From Pseudogymnoascus verrucosus (taxonomy: Eukaryota): a stretch of DNA of 64,000 bases. Below, one piece after another: positions 10,689-21,600 of this stretch. The position numbers were made by a program, and so were the translations under genes. The notes below the pieces were generated by a model that ran no database searches, was not told the origin of the DNA, and saw only the letters and a list, made by a program, of their open reading frames with translations. The stretch lies in assembly GCA_001662655.1 (NCBI GenBank), contig KV460237.1; one strand, 5' to 3'. Numbering within the stretch: the first letter of the stretch is position 1; every line of letters begins with the position of its first letter.

Positions 10689-12308
10689 ATGGGCCACCTC
10701 ACCCCTACCACCCTCCGAACCATCGATATCTCCCTTTCGGGTGACAACCACAGCGCTAAAACTCCCCGCCCCGTGCATACCTACACTACCTACGACGACA
10801 TCCGCGGCCATGTCGCCATCTCCGCCCTCACACCAACCCCCTTCTCACGCGTTGAAATCTTCCTCCTCGGCACCACCCGCACCGCACACACGGATCACAC
10901 CGTCCCCGTCATCGCCGAGCCACAGGTAACCCACATCTTCTTACGCATGGCCATGCCTATCCCCCCCTCTGCATACCCTCCCCCTTCCGGCAGCAGCAAC
11001 ACCTACCTTCTCAACCCCGGCTGCCCCCTACACATCCCCTTCCATTTTGTCGTCCCCGCGCGCCTCCTCCCCCACGCCTGCCGCCACGAGCACTCCTCAG
11101 CCTCCGTTCCAGAAGCACACACCCAACTCCCCCCCTCCCTCGGTTCCTTCTTGCTGCCCCGCGACGACCTCACCTTTGAAGTAGCAAACATCTCCTATTC
11201 TATCTACGCTAAACTCCTCGCGCCCTCTCCTACCAGCAAACCCTCGAAAATCCTCTCCTCCGCGATAAGGAAATTCCACGTTGTCCCCGCTAGCGAGGAG
11301 GCGCCCCCACTACTCGTGCTGAAAGAGAGTCAGTATGTGCTCTCTAAGAGCAAAACCATGCGGAAAGGCATGTTTAGAGGGAAACTAGGCACGCTCACGC
11401 TAACGACTACGCAACCACGCGCCTTCTCCCTGCCTCCCCCGCGCACATGCGGCCCTCTCGTGCCTTTCGCCCTCACAGACCTAACCTTAACCCTACGCTT
11501 CGATCCCACGGACCCCTCCTGCGCGCCGCCCCGACTAGGTGCGCTCTCGGCTTGGATCCGTGCGACAACGGTGCACTCAATTAACCCCGCGAGCAGAATC
11601 CCTGATCAGGAGCTACAGGGCAGTCCGTACGATAGCCACAGCAGGGCGTTTAAGACGTACGTCGCGCTCGCGGCCCAGGATGTGCCCGCGGCAGCGGCGC
11701 CGTTGTGGCGGGTTGTTCCCGCGCCGAAGTATGCGAGGACGGACTCGGGGTATTCGACTGCGTGGTCGCTTTCCCCCACTCCTTCACCTAATTCTTCGCC
11801 GACTCCGTTAGCTGCGTCCACGGGTCCTCTTGTCTCGGTATCCGCCGCTTCCGCTAGCGGAGACGTGGATGAAGTAGACGAGAAGAAACCCTACTACACG
11901 ACAATCGCTCTCCGCCTTGTCCTCGCGCCGTCAAGAACGTGGATCCCGACATTCCACTCCTGCTTCGTCTCGCGCTTTTATACGCTCGTCCTTGAGCTCG
12001 TGGTGCACCCTCCTGGAGCAACGATGCCGTTTATGCTTTCCCTCGAAGTCCCCGTGCAAGTGATTGGGCAGGGGAGAGAGGGGATGAAGGAGGCTTTCGT
12101 TGCGGGTGGACGGGCGGGGAGTGTGGGGATGGGGGAAGGAGGGGACATGAGGGGGTTAGGAGGGGTTTGGGACAGGTATGTGGCAGGGGGTGGGGAGAGC
12201 GTGGATGCGTATGGGGGTTGCGGAGGGGAGGAGATGGGGCAGGGAGATGAGTTGTTGCCGGCGTATGTGGCGCCAGACTTTACGCGGCGGAGAAGGCGAG
12301 GGAGGTGA
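10689..12308 (+). CDS. Arrestin/Bul1-like adaptor protein
   Basis: YTTYDDIRGHVAI, HIFLRMAMPI, IPFHFVVPARLL..AC.H, HTQLPPSLG, IPTFHSCFVSRFYTL, LEVPVQV and a C-terminal LPAY (PY-like Rsp5-binding motif); 539-aa ORF. Confidence 0.8.
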   Translation: MGHLTPTTLRTIDISLSGDNHSAKTPRPVHTYTTYDDIRGHVAISALTPTPFSRVEIFLLGTTRTAHTDHTVPVIAEPQVTHIFLRMAMPIPPSAYPPPSGSSNTYLLNPGCPLHIPFHFVVPARLLPHACRHEHSSASVPEAHTQLPPSLGSFLLPRDDLTFEVANISYSIYAKLLAPSPTSKPSKILSSAIRKFHVVPASEEAPPLLVLKESQYVLSKSKTMRKGMFRGKLGTLTLTTTQPRAFSLPPPRTCGPLVPFALTDLTLTLRFDPTDPSCAPPRLGALSAWIRATTVHSINPASRIPDQELQGSPYDSHSRAFKTYVALAAQDVPAAAAPLWRVVPAPKYARTDSGYSTAWSLSPTPSPNSSPTPLAASTGPLVSVSAASASGDVDEVDEKKPYYTTIALRLVLAPSRTWIPTFHSCFVSRFYTLVLELVVHPPGATMPFMLSLEVPVQVIGQGREGMKEAFVAGGRAGSVGMGEGGDMRGLGGVWDRYVAGGGESVDAYGGCGGEEMGQGDELLPAYVAPDFTRRRRRGR

Positions 12309-13321
12309 AGGAGGAGAGAGATGATACTACAAACCTCACAGGGCGAGAATACTCTATACCACAGCCTTGCTGGCGATCTGCAAACCCCCGAGATCGGAAT
12401 AATGGCGGCCTTGGGAAGGCCGCTGTCGATGGAGGGCTCGCGAGAACATTAAGTCAGAGACTTGCAACGACAGTAGGGGATGATGGCAGCTAGATCTTTA
12501 ACAAAAGTCTCAAATTACTCACCGTTGAAGCAGCTCCTTAAGAGCAAATCCTTCAAGTCAAAATTCTCTTTTCTTTCTATGCTTGCGCAGCCTATTAAAG
12601 GGCTCGACGCAGAATGATGAGGTAGTCAGTTGCAGCGTTGCAAGGACAATGCTGTGGTGGCCTGTGCTTTGGCGTATCTGGCGAAGATGAGTGATCGATC
12701 GATCTTTCTAGATGCACATCTCCGTTCCCATGCTGTCGACTGTAGGCCCATAGGCCCAGTATCAGGCCAGTTTCCGCGGATTCGGCGGCTCCAGCTGAGG
12801 ATTTTCCCAGGTATACATACTATATGTATGTCCCGTCAAATAGTTTAGTTAGTTAGTTGGCTCTATATTGTGTTCCTGTGATTCCCATTCTGACTAAGTG
12901 GGAATTCCATGTGCGACAAGGAATGGCAGTTGAATCGCTAGCCATCCCCGCCCCACCCAAACTGTCCAACACGGGTAGGGCCTAGGCGCGCCGGAATATG
13001 CTGATGTGGTACGAGCACTAATTGACGTACCTTTTGCGTCGTTTTCTTTCCGCTGGTTCCGTCATCATACCCCGCCTTGTCCAATGTTCACGCCATGGCT
13101 TCCTTGAGTTTCATTTAGTGTGGCATCTAGATCAGATGCTAAAGTAGAATTAGACTTACTCAATTATTATAACTTCAGAGAATCGCCGCTACACACGACG
13201 ATTCGTAATCTTCTATAATTATCCTCTACGATAACTTATATTATCTGTACAAAAGGGTTTGGATATCTTTCTGAGCCAAGATAGAAAGCCCGTTTCACCC
13301 GAGGCAGGTCGCGTATCTGAT

Positions 13322-14805
13322 ATGTCGGGGAGCACATCGAAAGTCGTCGACCCGTTGAAGGTCATCATCATCGGCGCTGGTATCGGTGGTCTCGCCCTTG
13401 CACAAATGCTCATATCAGCCCCGAAAATTCAGGTTACATTATACGAGCGCAATTTTAGCATCGACGATGGCGTGGTTGGGTTCCGTGTGATGCTGTCGGG
13501 TTCAACTCTGTTAATGCTGAAACGCAAGCTTAGCAGTGAGGTTTGGGCAAGTCTTACCCTCGGCATTGGGGTACAACCAGAGGGAGGCGAGAAGATTGAA
13601 TTCTTAAAGGGAAATGGCGACAAGTTGTTCACCTGGGACTCAGATCCTATAAAGGACCAGTTTTCCGTGTCGCGGTTGCAATTGAGAGAAGCTCTGTTGC
13701 GCCAGACCAAGCCCTTCCTTAAACTAGGCATTGCCTTTGAGAACTATGAGCTGCTGCCAAACGGAGGAGCAAGAGTACATTTTAGTGACGGAACTACTAA
13801 TGAGTGCGACCTCTTAGTAGGTGCTGACGGTTTACACTCAATGGTTAAGAAGCAATTAATCCCCTACGCTACTATTAAGGGCTTGGGCATGGTATGCATC
13901 TATGTCAAAGTTCCCCTCACAGAAAAATCATGGAGGTTATTAGAGTTTACGAGCAGATCAATGGTGATATATCCTATATCCCCTATTTACATAGCCACAA
14001 AGCTAACCTTAACTATACCCTCTGCCCACACAACCAATACATCATGCTCGCCACCTGGCAGAACCCCCTTGCCCACTTCGCAACACGCTACACAAATCTT
14101 ACCATTGAGCCTGAAGAGTCATACATCATGCTTGGCGCTGGGTTCCCAGCCTCAAGTTTTCACAACCGTCGCTGCCCCTTCCCTAGCCTCACCCCCGCCG
14201 AGCTCAAGGCCGAGCTCATCGAACGCACCTCCACACCCGGTATCCACCCGCGTTTCGCTGAACTCGCCCAGGCGGCATGCACAAATACAGCGTACGTCCA
14301 CACAGTGTGTAAGAGCGACGTCATTCACCCGTGGACCTCGCAGACAGTCACGCTCCTTGGCGATGCCGTCTTCAACATGAGCAACACGCTAAGTAGGGGT
14401 GCGAATTGCGCGCTCCTCGACGCCATCTCCCTCGCTGAGTGCCTCACCTCGCCCACGTACGACCGACACTCACCAACTAGCATTAGCGCCTATGTGAACG
14501 AAAACATTGAGCGCCGCTCAAACGAGCGTCTCCGCTCGTTCTTAATGCAGAAGGTTGTGTTCCCTGGCCAGAACAGCCTTAAGGGGTTTGTACGTAACAT
14601 GACGCTGCCCCTCGCACTTCACCGGATCGACGACCTGGGCCATGAGAAGCATGGGCCTGGCCAGCACTGGGTTGGTGATGACGGCTCGCAGAAGGAGGAG
14701 TATGCTTCACCGAAGTGGGTGGAAGAACTGCAGTGGGAGGAGCTCTTTGCTAAAAAGCAAGCTGAGGGAAAGGAAGGAGCTAGACTGCAGAGAGAGTATG
14801 ACTAA
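13322..14805 (+). CDS. FAD-dependent monooxygenase (UbiH/salicylate hydroxylase-like); possible splice defect
   Basis: GAGIGG Rossmann motif, DLLVGADG, VTLLGDA..GANCALLDA. The two reading frames are joined by an inferred intron at 13964-14016 that ends in TAT rather than YAG. Confidence 0.82.
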
Positions 14806-15557
14806 GCTGCTAGAAGACGCATATTAGTCAAAATCATGCGATTGAAGCCGCATTGTTATTATACAGACCTTGCAAGTAGCACTTAAACTAAAGTAACTAC
14901 CTTAGATTTGCTTTAATTCTGCTATGCTTAGGGATCTAAGCTACGAGTGTTATAGTATATTAAGCGTTTGTTAGGGGGATCTATGGCCCTAAGTACGCTA
15001 TTCGGAGGCCTGGGTGAACCCCCAAACCCCAAAGAATTAGGCTTCTTCAGCCTAGCTGAAAGTGAGACATTGGGCTGAAACCCCAGCGCGCGGGAGCTAG
15101 ACAGTCCCCCAAAGTGTCATTTTGGGCACAAAAGCCCCCACTGTACCCCACGGGACTGTCGGTTTCCCCCAACAGTTCACTCTTGCTCTGGCCCAGCTCA
15201 GCTTCGGCTCAGGTGTGGTCAGGTTTTCTCGGGTGCGCTATGGTATACTAGCTGCTAGAGACGCTATACAATTTGTGTGTAGTTTATATATTCAAGTACT
15301 TCCTCTTACAGACAAGTATACCTGGCTGATGGTTGCCCTGTACCCAATCCGAAAGCGATCTTCCTTGCCTAGATTTTTTTGCCATCGCCAAGAAAAACTA
15401 ATAAGAGGTGGTCGAAACATAGACAGTCTTGGTCAATTACGATGAATACATTTAGAGTCCACCCGCTCCTATGCCCTCTACATCGGAGTATGAGAAAGGA
15501 AAGAAGAGGACCACAGAACTTTGACGCCTTATAGATAGCACGATCGATTGCTTCGCC

Positions 15558-16943
15558 ATGGACCTTAGTTCTCGTCTCAGTATAAACATTCCCTCGATAG
15601 CAGCAGATCTGGAGGTGCTCCTTGATCCAGATTTGTGCGCAAGCCTCCACAACCAAATTATCGAACAAGTCTGTCTTGTACAGCCTAGTCTGCGGCGGCT
15701 CGTCCGACGGAACGTCCTCGCTATCCCTCACTCGGAAATCCACGACCGCAACTATGAACCTTCACACGCAATCACCGAGTCCGAGTTACCAGATATCTTA
15801 GGAATAGCGCTCACTGACTTCCTGGGGAAGATCGATGTCTTTGAATTTCCCGAAGGAGACTATCATAGTCACCCGATGACACCATATTCCTCGCCACCTA
15901 TACTACCCAATCTATGGAGCTTTGCGGATCACCGTCTTGTTAAACGTGGGCAAGACCAAAGTAATCTTATTTTACTCTACAGTCATGCGCAGTCTTCAAC
16001 TAGTGGGGGGCTGTTTCTTGATACGAATGAGCAAGTGGCAAATTGGCTTGATTTGCCAGGCTCATTCTGGCCTGGGAATGGCATCCCGTTGAGTGAGGTG
16101 CTAAGGAGATGGCTTTTTATGTGGGAGGTGGGAAAGTTCCACTTGCTAGAAACTGGAGAATTCGGTGTGAGGTCATGGATCGATAAGGAGGTTGATGAGG
16201 CTGTAGAAGCCTGGGAGAGATTGGTTGTGGTGATTGAAGCGAGAAGAACTGTGTTTCATCGAAGTGGAAGTGATGACGACGAATTCCGACCTATGATTGA
16301 GAATGGAGTCTTGCAGAGGTATCAAGGCGATGGGTTTTCACGACATTTCTTCGCAATGGCCAAGAAGCCACCTCATGGTCTGAAGTTCGTAGCGCCTGGT
16401 ATAACTACGTGGGACTCGACTTCTTTTCAGGCGGTTTACTCAGCTGCCGGGGACAATAGGAGACGAGCCCGTCAATCCCACCGTCTCGGTCGTGTCATCC
16501 GAGAAGAAGAAGAGCATACGCCGATGATCATTTTCCCTGCGGCAAACGAAATACCAGCAGAAGTCCTTGAGCGCAGAGCAGCCGACGTGAGTGGATCTCA
16601 ATGGATGGACGATTTGATCATCGTGGAACGAAAGCTCGGATTGTACTCGACGCCTGGGGACGGATTTGGTAATACGGTAACACTCATAGCTGATGTAGAT
16701 AATCGTGCTTGTTTTCAAAGATGCGACAGATGCCCCTGGCTTCCGAACGGTGGCAGAAAGACGACCTTAAAGGAAATGTTGGAGATATGGACTGTCTTGA
16801 TTGAGATGGATGTGTGGAAAGTTGATGAGAATGGAGTGGTTGGAGGCTTGGAATGGTTCCAACGAGGAACAAACAAGAGACAATTAGAAGATGGAACAGA
16901 GGTCGATTTGAATCTTATTTGGGGACCTGAGGTGGAATATTAA
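15558..16943 (+). CDS. Intracellular hypothetical protein (461 aa) with internal duplication; weak SUKH/Smi1-Knr4-like flavour
   Basis: Intronless ORF with no signal peptide. Repeated motif L.E.L..W....E...(F/W): LSEVLRRWLFMWEVGKF and LKEMLEIWTVLIEMDVW. The family assignment is inference only. Confidence 0.75.
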   Translation: MDLSSRLSINIPSIAADLEVLLDPDLCASLHNQIIEQVCLVQPSLRRLVRRNVLAIPHSEIHDRNYEPSHAITESELPDILGIALTDFLGKIDVFEFPEGDYHSHPMTPYSSPPILPNLWSFADHRLVKRGQDQSNLILLYSHAQSSTSGGLFLDTNEQVANWLDLPGSFWPGNGIPLSEVLRRWLFMWEVGKFHLLETGEFGVRSWIDKEVDEAVEAWERLVVVIEARRTVFHRSGSDDDEFRPMIENGVLQRYQGDGFSRHFFAMAKKPPHGLKFVAPGITTWDSTSFQAVYSAAGDNRRRARQSHRLGRVIREEEEHTPMIIFPAANEIPAEVLERRAADVSGSQWMDDLIIVERKLGLYSTPGDGFGNTVTLIADVDNRACFQRCDRCPWLPNGGRKTTLKEMLEIWTVLIEMDVWKVDENGVVGGLEWFQRGTNKRQLEDGTEVDLNLIWGPEVEY

Positions 16944-17081
16944 GGTTGTCGATATTGAGGTTACTACACAGAAATGATTTTGAACTCTATAATAAAGTGT
17001 GCAGTTGCAAATTCGGTAATCCCTTGCATCGCCTCTCGCCCACTGTTTTGTTTTGTCACTGTTGTAGCAACAGCCTCATGT

Positions 17082-17979
17082 CTAAGAACTTTCGCAAGCT
17101 CCTGAATGGCAATTACCAGCACCACAGTGCGCCGACGAATCCCCACAGTACCCATAGATGCTACAGCAACTTCCAAAGGGCGATCCTTGGCACACTTTGT
17201 TACCTGCGAAGTCAGGACCACATGACCCATCTACACTAACTCCGCTCTCATCCGTGTCACATTCTCCAGAATGGTAGTTCCCAGGACCACAGTAATCATT
17301 AGTACTTCCGCAATAGCCACTGGTAGAGCAGCAGTTTCCAAAACCAGAGCCCCCACAAAGCCAATCTGAGTTCGCGGGACCGCAGTGTACGCAGGTCCCG
17401 TCTTGGGATACAGAGTTGTCAGGATCTTCGCACAGTCCAGAATAACAATTGCCTGGGCCACCTTCCAGGAATGATGATCAGTATCATTCTCAAAATGGCG
17501 CATTTCTGAAGTTACAGAAGTCTGATCCTGTTCCACAGTGTTCGAACTTCGAGCAGCATTCGGCTCCAGGACATACCTCATGGCCATCGCTAGGTCCGCA
17601 AAGACCATCTGTCGAGACTGTAGGTGTGGTAACTGTAATTTGCGACACAGTTGTAGCCCAACTTTCTAGAGCTTGAGTGCAAAGCGCTGTGAGGTTGTCT
17701 GCGTGCCATTCATAAACGTCTGGTTCTGATAGTGACAAGAAAGTCCGATCATCACATGGCAGGCTTGTATTTCTGATGGCAGTCAGTCAGGCAAAATTTC
17801 AATACTGAAATATACTCTAAAAGAAGAGGTGGAGAAAATTCTTACAATGCTGTAACACAGGCCTCATTCACATTCGTCTTGAGCGCCGTGCCTACTAGAT
17901 CATAATTATGATAAAGTCGTACCGCTGAAACAGCCGACGTCAAGACTGCGCATACTAATAAAGAGTTTGAAAGTATCAT
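17082..17979 (-). CDS. Secreted chitin-binding protein with three CBM18 (hevein-like) domains
   Basis: Manual splicing of 3 exons: signal peptide MILSNSLLVCAVLTSAVSA; ACVTAL|NTSLPCD...NLTALCT; then CPGAECCSKFEHCGTGSDFC|GPGNCYSGLC, CGGSGFGNCCSTSGYCGSTNDYCGPGNYHSGEC, CQGSPFGSCCSIYGYCGDSSAHCGAGNCHSGACESS*. The last exon is absent from the ORF track. Confidence 0.85.
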
Positions 17980-18257
17980 GTTAAAGGATAATTACTCTTT
18001 CTCAGCACACCAGAAGAGCGACCTAGAGGGGGGGTGCCTAATGGGACTCTTTATAAACTTTAGCGCCCTGTGCTATGTTTTGAGTTATTAGTAATAGGGA
18101 AATGATTCCCACTGCTTTGAATATCAAGTTCCTAAGGCGCAATGTCCCTTAGTAAAAACCTCCAAGGTAATTTTTTAAGCTATGTTTTTGAGATCCAATT
18201 TAGCGTTGGTCTACTCAATAGATGAGCATCAAGATCCGTTGATATCGTTACCCTCAT

Positions 18258-18529
18258 AGCTAGAGTTTACTACAGGAGATCTCATTTCCGATGTGCACTG
18301 GGGTCAAAAAGTCGTATCTAGGATAAGCTTGGCTTTAAACTAGACGCTAAATTGTCACGACAACAGCCTTTCCCGCCTTAGCAAAAAAAAGGGGTAGTGC
18401 TTGGCAGAGTGGGTGCATATTCTAGGGACTATTGCTATTGGAGAGCTAGAGTTTATGACAAGAGATCTCATTTCCGATGTGCATTGGGGTCAAAAAGTCG
18501 TATCTAGGCTAAGTTTGGCTTTAAACTAG
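18258..18529. repeat. 86-bp direct repeat (18258-18343 and 18444-18529) in the divergent promoter
   Basis: AGCTAGAGTTTA...GAGATCTCATTTCCGATGTGCA(C/T)TGGGGTCAAAAAGTCGTATCTAGG...TTGGCTTTAAACTAG twice; 6 mismatches; 100-bp spacer. Confidence 0.93.
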
Positions 18530-18644
18530 GAAGGGCCTTCATCATGTGAGGACTCCAAAGTGTTAACGATATATTGCCCGCCAGTTTTCAGCCCTCAAAT
18601 TCTACGAAGCACAGCCTGCATTTCATCTACTCATGATTTTATAA

Positions 18645-21600
18645 ATGAAGCTCGACACAACATTTCGATTGACGGCCTTGGCAGTCGCAGGACTTCTCTC
18701 CAACTGTGCCTCCGTCTCCGACGTCTTCTTACAGTACCGGTATGCCATAGTATATCATTTTAAATACGGGAGGTACTAATAGTAACAGACAGGACAATGT
18801 TACTAGAGAAGTCTATAATAAAACCTTGTACAAACCCTTGTTTGAAGCGCCTTCAAATTCAACCCCTCGATTCCTAAATATTTCCCAGAAAGATGTCAAC
18901 CCATTGCGAGGAGCGGCCGGTACCCTCGCGCTACCAAAGAGACAAGAAAGTACAGTTGAGGACGGAACCTGTGCGCCTGGTACTCCATGCTCAAACGGAG
19001 CGTGTTACAGCTCTTCGGGTTTCTGTGGTTATAGTCCGGATTTCTGTGGAGCTAATTGCATATCCAACTGTGATGCTAAGGCACAATGTGGGAAGTATGC
19101 AAAGACTGGAAAAGAAAAGTACCCACTGAATGTATGTTGCAGCGAGTTTAGATTCTGTAAGTTACAACCCATTTGCATTGATAGTCTCACTAAGAGTAAC
19201 ATGGAAATAGGTGGTACTTAGGAGAAATTTTGCGGTCTGGGCTGTGATGAGAGTAGTGGGCTTTGTGGCCCTGCCCCAACTCCACGCCGTGGAGGCAACA
19301 AAGCTGGAAGGAAGGAAATCGCATACTATGAGTCCTGGTATATACAAAACTATATAAAATTTTCCTCTCTGTACGAATTGATGCTGACATTGAATATAGG
19401 GCGAACACTCGTTCCTGTGATGTTGTCTCTCCTGAAGATTTCGATGTCGCAGGTCTAACACATTTGAATTTTGCGTTTGCCTTCTTCGACCCAACGTCCT
19501 TCCAGATGACAGCAATGGATGCAAATGCGGACTCCTTGCTGGCGAGATTCACAGACCTAAAGGTAAACCACACTAGCCTCGAAACATGGATTGCCATTGG
19601 AGGTTGGAGTTTCAACGATGAAACCAACTTCCCCAACACACGAACGGCTTTCAGTGACATGGCGTCGTCAGCTGGGAATCGGAAGAAATTCATAAACTCT
19701 CTTGTGCACTTCATGAAGGCATATGGTTTTGATGAGGCCGATATAGATTGGGAATACCCCGGAGCCGAAGATCGCGGTGGTAAAGAAGAAGACACGGCTA
19801 ATTTTGTTGACCTGGTTAAAGAGATGAAGGCTGCTTTTGGATCAAGATATGGTTTATCTGTAACTCTCCCAGCTAGCTACTGGTATCTTCAACACTTTGA
19901 CGTCAAAGGCATGGAGCCACATGTTGACTGGTTTAATATTATGTCATATGACATTCACGGTGTCTTGGATTCAAGTAATCGGTTTTCTGGCCCATTCGCA
20001 CGACCGCACGCCAACCTGACTGAGATCGATGAAAGCCTTTCACTTCTATGGCGAGCCGGCCTCTCAGCTGGTAATGTCGTTCTCGGCCTTGGATGGTACG
20101 GGCGTTCATTCAAGCTGGCAGACCCTTCCTGCACAACTCCAGGATGCAGGTTCTCGGAAGGTGCAACCGCCGGTGATTGTACTGGCGCTCCAGGCGTGTT
20201 ATCCAATGCAGAGATTGACAGGATTATTGAGAAGTATGACCTCACTCCAACTTATGATGACAAGGCCGCCGTAAATTGGATTGTGTGGAATTCCGATCAA
20301 TGGGTTAGTTATGATAATGCTAGATCTTTTAAGAGGAAGATCGACTACGCCAACAACCTCGGCCTTGGGGGCACAATGATTTGGGCCATTGACCAAGGCT
20401 CCTCAAGCGGCAAGACACTAGATGATTACCATGGCGGAGTCTTCCTACAGAAAGCCTCCGTCTTCAATGGTAAAGGTCCGACGCTAGCAAAAAAGTCTTA
20501 GCGACGACACAGCATGAGACCGACGCCCAACACAGCTGTTATACTACCTTCTGTGGTCAAGAATGCGCTCCAGGATATAGTGGTGTTAGCCAAATGAAGG
20601 GGCGAGTGGGAGAGCTGGGAGCTGCCACAGCTTGTACGGGAACCGATTTCCAGTCATTGTGCTGCGCAACTGCTACTTTCCTAGGGAGGTGTAAATGGTA
20701 TGGATGGCGTGGCGAGGGTTTAAGCTGTCAAGGTGGTTGTCCATCGGATCACACCCTGATCGCTGTCAACACCAATCATTACTTCAACTATCCCGAACAG
20801 AAATTCTTAGAGGATCAGACTTGTGCTGGTGGCACACAAAGCTATTGTTGCAACAACGCCAAGGCATCACCAATGTTCGGAAAGGATATTGAGCTTGTCG
20901 ATCATAGTGATCTCGAATCCGATCCTAAGAACTTAGCTAAGAGAGCTACTGCTGAGTGTGCTGTTTTTGGGGTAATCGCAGGAGGGATATTCGTGTGGGC
21001 AACAGTTGCAACTGATGGTTTTTTTGCCCTTACGGGTGGAGCACTAGCGGGTGCCATAGCAACTAATATTTGTGCTAAATCAGGAATGGACAAGGCGTCC
21101 ACAGCTGCTCTCATTGGCGGCTAAAACACTCGGCTTGCAGCATCTGGAGGTGCAAATCAAAAGTCCAATAGCAAGCCTGCTAATACTAACACAAAACCTG
21201 GGAAAAAGGTGGATAGCAACGCCGGCTTCTATGGAAGATACAAAATCGCTGACTTTAGTACGACCGGTACATGTCAAGTCACCTACACTTGTGAATACGG
21301 ACTTGGTTTTGATCAGGTGAGCTGATCCACTTAGCTGACAGATTTTAGCTAACAGCAATAGGTATGTGACGATCAACGTTGGGGACTTGATAAAGTCTTG
21401 GGCGGTATACACTCTGTGTTTAATCGCGAGACTGGACCCAGAACCGGTAGACAGAAGGGTCAATGGAGTGGCAAGCATCACGCGAATTGCAGAGGCTCAT
21501 TTCCAGATAGAACTCTTCAAGTTATTACCCTCATGTGCACTATCTAACTGTTACAGCTCGCGATCAGTGTGGTGATGATGGGAATCGATGTCGTTGTGAG

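Noticed and set aside
17231..17608. 125-aa minus-strand ORF
   Set aside because: Wrong frame of the CBM18 gene; the Cys-rich frame reached by splicing is the real one.
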